A stretch of DNA of 64,000 nucleotides from Aplysia californica (Eukaryota), in assembly GCF_000002075.1 (NCBI RefSeq), contig NW_004797304.1:1997225-2061224 (forward strand). Direction: 5' to 3'. The number at the start of each line of letters is the position of its first letter. The stretch's first letter is position 1. A program made the translations under genes and the position numbers. The notes beneath the pieces were generated by a model that saw nothing but the letters and a program-made list of their open reading frames with translations, had not been told where the DNA came from and made no database searches. Of this stretch, positions 61,801 to 64,000 are shown piece after piece.

Positions 61801-62477
61801 GTATGGATACATTGCGGGCTTTGGTGCTTGGGGGAACTGAGCACTTATGGACCTGTCCGGTGTGCAATGACGTTGTTGCTCAGGACAGGTAATACAGGTA
61901 ATGAAAGTGCTCGTCCCAAGACAAATATGTGGGAGATTTACTCAGCCTTAGCAACGTCGCCGAGAGTGGGGGGGGGGGGGGAAGGCATGGAGTCCTGTTG
62001 ACCTCCACAGCAGACTGCCCTTGGCTTATCTAGCAGATGTCCTCAAAACTAATAGAAACCTGACGTAGAACTACGTGGCATGGAAGTTAATCAGGTCCGT
62101 CCAAATCTCTCTGAAAGCTAACAGAAGATGACACATACAACACAGACACCACTACATCTAATAAAATCGTAGTCATACTTACTGATCCTACATGTAATGA
62201 AATCTTAGACAGTCATACTTACTGTTCCTACATGTAATGAAATCTTAGATAGTCATAATTACTGTTCCTACATGTAATGAAATCTTAGACAGTCATACTT
62301 ACTGTTCCTACATGTAATGAAATCTTAGATAGTCATACTTACTGTTCTTACACTGATTGTTGCCAAAATGGTACTGGCTAGCTGGACACAGACACTTCTT
62401 TTCTCCACCAGAGGTCAAACACTGAAGATTTCCATTACAACTGTCAACAACGGTACAGCCACCTCCATAGTTGATTT
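12917..62477 (-). CDS. Multi-exon receptor-type protein tyrosine (pseudo)phosphatase, R3/PTP10D-like: EB/EGF-like modules + FN3 + TM + single PTP domain; 5' end outside window
   Basis: 32 exons with canonical AG/GT sites whose phases chain without frameshift or stop (4424 coding nt in window). PTP motifs [37 protein letters not shown]; FN3 W/Y patterns; one TM followed by RRRR. Confidence 0.92.
13733..13877 (-). CDS. Exon: PTP P-loop and Q-loop
   Basis: 145 nt, phase 2-0; (S)[13 protein letters not shown]...[12 protein letters not shown]. Confidence 0.95.
14459..14610 (-). CDS. Exon: PTP WPD-loop position and start of signature motif
   Basis: 152 nt, phase 0-2; [14 protein letters not shown]...GPFVVHC(S). 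Confidence 0.93.
14769..17150 (-). mobile_element. 5'-truncated, frameshifted I/Nimb-like non-LTR retrotransposon (RT + RNase H) in an intron of the PTP gene
   Basis: [35 protein letters not shown]; RNase [24 protein letters not shown]; 3' hairpin then (TAC)n tail at ~14750. Confidence 0.92.
17150..17550 (+). mobile_element. 3' fragment of a second RNase H-bearing non-LTR element, opposite orientation
   Basis: [16 protein letters not shown], followed by an AAGT-rich short repeat tail. Confidence 0.75.
18040..18413 (-). pseudogene. Possible decayed THAP-domain relic of a DNA transposon
   Basis: Frameshifted pieces [23 protein letters not shown] and [11 protein letters not shown] resemble THAP CxxxxC..FP, CxxHF and LK..AVP. 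Confidence 0.35.
18938..19063 (-). CDS. Exon: PTP motif 7
   Basis: 126 nt, phase 0-0; GKGKSYWP...YGDIVV...YTIRKFQI. Confidence 0.93.
20135..20790 (-). mobile_element. Decayed RNase H-bearing non-LTR fragment
   Basis: LILADSQ...[19 protein letters not shown]. Confidence 0.75.
20893..21027 (-). CDS. Exon: PTP motifs 4-6
   Basis: 135 nt, phase 0-0; [45 protein letters not shown]. Confidence 0.95.
21674..21744 (-). CDS. Exon: PTP motifs 2-3 position (degenerate)
   Basis: 71 nt, phase 1-0; [24 protein letters not shown], compared with consensus DxxRVxL...DYINAxYI. Confidence 0.8.
22500..23105 (+). mobile_element. RTE 3' fragment whose terminal 40 bp is tandemly amplified about 8 times
   Basis: [15 protein letters not shown]...[14 protein letters not shown]; unit aaagtgtttgt(c/t)cgtggcctata(c/t)cctg(g/a)tgcagggtgag. 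A single-unit relative lies at 31045-31172. Confidence 0.85.
23205..23265 (-). CDS. Exon: PTP domain start (KNRY-loop position, degenerate)
   Basis: ctcttcag|GAC...T|gtaagt, 61 nt, phase 0-1; [20 protein letters not shown]. Confidence 0.8.
23336..23670 (-). mobile_element. SINE family 1 copy (head lost in gap)
   Basis: Collinear similarity to 1385-1700. Confidence 0.8.
24579..24660 (-). CDS. Exon: pre-PTP wedge region
   Basis: 82 nt, phase 2-0; [28 protein letters not shown], matching the RP....F....DS..F..EFE pattern of RPTPs. Confidence 0.88.
26347..26406 (-). CDS. Exon: cytoplasmic juxtamembrane
   Basis: ctcaaag|G...AG|gtgaga, 60 nt, phase 2-2; [19 protein letters not shown]. Confidence 0.72.
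28012..28135 (-). CDS. Exon: transmembrane helix
   Basis: 124 nt, phase 1-2; [26 protein letters not shown] followed by RRRRQK. Confidence 0.92.
29057..29142 (-). CDS. Exon: membrane-proximal ectodomain part 4
   Basis: Phase 2-1; [11 protein letters not shown]. The exon could end at 29057 (gttggt) or 29063 (gtaacg); both are in phase. Confidence 0.8.
29722..30222 (-). mobile_element. SINE family 1 copy, near full length
   Basis: Collinear similarity to 1385-1884, including the tRNA-like head. Confidence 0.85.
30588..30693 (-). CDS. Exon: membrane-proximal ectodomain part 3
   Basis: 106 nt, phase 1-2; [24 protein letters not shown], the FxVG..C..CNGPL motif of the R3 RPTP juxtamembrane domain. 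Confidence 0.88.
31045..31172 (+). mobile_element. Short RTE 3' end copy
   Basis: Matches 22700-23105 with one terminal unit and a (GAT)n tail. Confidence 0.75.
31303..31419 (-). CDS. Exon: membrane-proximal ectodomain part 2 (RRKR furin-type site)
   Basis: 117 nt, phase 1-1; [34 protein letters not shown]. Confidence 0.85.
32328..32500. repeat. 41-bp tandem repeat (~4 units)
   Basis: gacaggaaagaattcttttcccaaaacttttcacttttcaa. Confidence 0.85.
32510..32695 (-). CDS. Exon: membrane-proximal ectodomain part 1
   Basis: 186 nt, phase 1-1; acceptor follows a C16 tract; donor G|gtgagc. Confidence 0.8.
33631..33697 (-). CDS. Exon: FN3 domain 5, part 3
   Basis: ttttttcag|GTG...C|gtaagt, 67 nt; completes YTFK-VMASNG. 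Confidence 0.8.
33833..34080. mobile_element. piggyBac-like MITE (~245 bp)
   Basis: Ends ttaaccctatc... / ...ggata(c/g)ggtt(g/a)a; a second copy at 3295-3532 ends cggatagggttaa. Confidence 0.65.
34085..34560 (-). mobile_element. Decayed non-LTR 3' end (zinc-knuckle-like)
   Basis: LNSYLNRI...[19 protein letters not shown]. Confidence 0.7.
34779..34874 (-). CDS. Exon: FN3 domain 5, part 2
   Basis: 96 nt, phase 0-0; [12 protein letters not shown]...TNYTFK. Confidence 0.8.
35280..35428 (-). CDS. Exon: FN3 domain 5, part 1
   Basis: 149 nt, phase 1-0; PGPATAL...[16 protein letters not shown]. Confidence 0.85.
36240..36374 (-). CDS. Exon: FN3 domain 4, C-terminal half
   Basis: 135 nt, phase 1-1; [19 protein letters not shown]. 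Confidence 0.85.
37076..37423. repeat. Compound minisatellite: ~26-bp core plus variable (CAA)n
   Basis: atagacaaagtctacatatcactggac occurs 5 times, separated by (caa)n runs. Confidence 0.9.
37468..37653 (-). CDS. Exon: FN3 domain 4, N-terminal half
   Basis: 186 nt, phase 1-1; [18 protein letters not shown]. Confidence 0.85.
39064..39265 (-). CDS. Exon: FN3 domain 3, C-terminal half
   Basis: 202 nt, phase 0-1; [16 protein letters not shown]. Confidence 0.9.
40685..41012 (-). mobile_element. SINE family 2 copy
   Basis: Reverse-complement match to 2010-2330; a further degraded piece lies at ~32190-32310. Confidence 0.8.
41984..42153 (-). CDS. Exon: FN3 domain 3, N-terminal half
   Basis: 170 nt, phase 1-0; APGRV...[20 protein letters not shown]. 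Confidence 0.9.
42245..42750. repeat. MITE-like element with internal 33-bp tandem array (~11 units)
   Basis: Unit gtttgtacaggtgattgtcttatacaggtggtc; related partial copy at 11660-11810. Confidence 0.8.
43480..43755 (-). CDS. Exon: FN3-like domain 2
   Basis: tttccag|AG...G|gtatga, 276 nt; PAQPG...SYLVTV...[16 protein letters not shown]. Confidence 0.88.
44070..44352. repeat. Minisatellite, 47-bp and ~32-bp unit variants
   Basis: gtactgtcccaactaccacagcccagatgtccacatgtatacataaa and shortened forms. Confidence 0.85.
44630..44688. mobile_element. Tiny TSD-flanked insertion (second identical copy)
   Basis: Flanked by ggaactaacga at 44619-44629 and 44689-44699. Confidence 0.75.
44993..45152 (-). 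repeat. Dispersed repeat family 4 (variant hairpin tail ggcacttgc...aagtgcc)
   Basis: Copies at ~31460-31700, 41480-41640, 45525-45680 and in the shared intron block of the 48-64 kb array. Confidence 0.75.
45899..46204 (-). CDS. Exon: FN3-like domain 1
   Basis: ccctacag|TT...ACA A|gtaagt, 306 nt; IDFSW...YQV...GLRPGVKY. Confidence 0.88.
47214..47357 (-). CDS. Exon: EB/EGF-like module type D (single copy, adjacent to FN3 region)
   Basis: ttctttag|AA...AGT G|gtaagt, 144 nt; [47 protein letters not shown]. Confidence 0.87.
49536..49664 (-). CDS. Exon: EB/EGF-like module type B (copy B1)
   Basis: 129 nt, phase 1-1; nucleotide-identical to B2. Confidence 0.87.
50362..50499 (-). CDS. Exon: EB/EGF-like module type C (copy C1)
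   Basis: 138 nt, phase 1-1; [45 protein letters not shown]. Confidence 0.87.
52302..52884. repeat. 40-bp minisatellite of exon end + splice donor (14 extra units)
   Basis: tagtcatacttactgttcctacatgtaatgaaatcttaga; 5 units at 59311-59510 and 4 at 62170-62329. Confidence 0.92.
52875..53009 (-). CDS. Exon: EB/EGF-like module type A (copy A1)
   Basis: 135 nt, phase 1-1; [44 protein letters not shown]. Confidence 0.88.
55644..55772 (-). CDS. Exon: EB/EGF-like module type B (copy B2)
   Basis: 129 nt, phase 1-1; [42 protein letters not shown]. Confidence 0.87.
56579..56719 (-). CDS. Exon: EB/EGF-like module type C (copy C2)
   Basis: 141 nt, phase 1-1, same peptide as 57364-57504. Confidence 0.8.
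57364..57504 (-). CDS. Exon: EB/EGF-like module type C (copy C3; possible assembly duplicate of C2)
   Basis: cctccag|AA...ACA A|gtaagt, 141 nt; [46 protein letters not shown]; adjacent to a 100-N gap. Confidence 0.65.
59524..59658 (-). CDS. Exon: EB/EGF-like module type A (copy A2)
   Basis: 135 nt, phase 1-1; [44 protein letters not shown]. Confidence 0.88.
62343..62477 (-). CDS. Exon: EB/EGF-like module type A (copy A3)
   Basis: ccccag|AA...AAC A|gtaagt, 135 nt, phase 1-1; [44 protein letters not shown], 6 Cys. Confidence 0.88.
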
Positions 62478-64000
62478 CTGGGGCAGGGTGAAATGGTGTT
62501 GCGTGGGGGACAAAATAAAAAATACAGTAGATAAAAATAGAAAGATTACACACACACTAGACAAAAATTGACTACATTCACCATTCACAAACAGCCTGGC
62601 GTATTGTAACTACATGGACAGTCCAACTAACTCCAGTGTTTAAATTATCCATTACTGTATGTGTGGGTGTGTGGGTGTTGTGTTTTTCTGTCTGTTCTGT
62701 AGATTTCATGTTTCTTTTTTGTAATGCTATATTTTAATTTGGTGTGAGCAATGTTAACATAGTGAGTTCTAGAGGCTCTTTGCTCTTTACAATGGAAGCC
62801 ACAATGGGGGTGTCAATTTACAGCATGTCTTATTTTGTATCAGCGAACTCATTTTCTATAATTTTTATTTTACAGCGGTCCTATCCTATGCAAATACAGT
62901 AGTTCATCCACTTTGCATCCAACTTTGCAAGCAGGAAGATGTATATAGCGGACGTTATATTCCAAATTAGATCGAGCATAATAGAAAAGTATTTTATTCT
63001 TGACTGAGAAACAGTGAATGAGCATAAAGTGATGGAATGTAGCACTGGTGAGAATAAACAAAAGCCCCCAGCTCCTTTCATAGATGCATTTGCAGCAGCT
63101 GATATGGCACTAGATTCAACAGATGATGCGTACCATCATGAGCTAGATTGACTCATGTATTTCAAAAAGTGACATCATCGGTGAATTTAAGAGACAGAGG
63201 TGACTACATCAGCAGTTCATGGCACCCTGAACTTGGGTAGAACGGAAAAGCAAATGAAACCAGGTCAGATGTGCGGACAAAGAATGATTTTCACTTCCTA
63301 CCAAAATCAGATATTGATGAGAAGGGAGACGTGTATGAAAAGTTACTAGCTGAACTCTTCCCTATCTTCTCTATAATACTCTTTTATTCAGTATCTCCTA
63401 GCTCCTTGTCACACCAAGCCCCACATCCTCCGTTTTTGAGTTTAGCTTTAGTTAGAGTTTTACAGTACTTTCAACACAATTAGGCCATAGATGTGTCAAC
63501 GATTACAGGTGTTACAAGAGAGTAACATACACAAAAAGGAGGAACAATAAGGACGATGATTGTTTGATAGGAAACAAGGAGCAAACCACACCAGAGCACC
63601 GACCACACACCCATAAAACACCCTCCATGTCCATGTATGTATCTAAGTAATGCATCAAAATGATGAGAAAGTGGAAACTGGCCAAAGCATTAAAACCATC
63701 TTTACTTACATCTACTCACCGTTTGACCTCTACCTGTCTCACAGGGACTTTTTTTCATCCTTTCTTTTGTTTAAAATTGACCTCTTGTAGGTTTAACTAT
63801 TTGTGTCATGACCCCATGATATCAGGCGCTCCTCAGCTTTTGAGAATAGGAAGCTGGAGGTATAATCTCAAAGCCTCTTCATTTACCTTTCTTTTGATTA
63901 AAAAAAATATTCATCTCCACTGCTTAAAAGTCAAGAGATTTGTGACTGAAGGAGGTGCGGGTCGCCAGCTCTTACAAGAAAGTTTAGCGAGAAGATGGCT

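Larger units (their letters stand above)
48535..64000. repeat. Recent tandem segmental duplication array (~6.1-6.6 kb A-C-B units and a ~2.8 kb A unit)
   Basis: B exons 6108 bp apart; A exons at 52875, 59524 and 62343; introns highly similar between copies. Confidence 0.9.

Overview
AT-rich, repeat-dense eukaryotic genomic DNA with N gaps. An invertebrate source, most plausibly a gastropod mollusc, is inferred from the repeat types and gene architecture. The window is dominated by one multi-exon gene on the minus strand (12917..>62477). I reconstructed 32 GT-AG coding exons by hand; their phases chain into an unbroken frame of about 1470 codons, and the 5' end/signal peptide lies beyond the window. 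The product is an R3-like receptor protein tyrosine phosphatase. It has at least 9 six-cysteine EB/EGF-like modules, each on its own phase 1-1 exon in a recent tandem segmental array at ~47-64 kb. These are followed by about 5 FN3 domains, a membrane-proximal domain with an RRKR site, one TM helix, a single PTP domain and a YxN-motif tail. The PTP domain keeps its structural motifs, but its catalytic and substrate-binding motifs are lost or altered ([10 protein letters not shown] instead of ...GRTG, WTD for WPD, no KNRY loop), so it looks like a receptor pseudophosphatase with a recombining, diversifying cassette ectodomain. Introns and flanks hold an I/Nimb-like LINE with partner SINEs sharing its 3' hairpin, RTE fragments, MITEs, minisatellites (one made of tandem copies of a splice donor) and a tiny 59-bp TSD-flanked insert present twice. 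Most ORF-track entries are microsatellite or gap artefacts.
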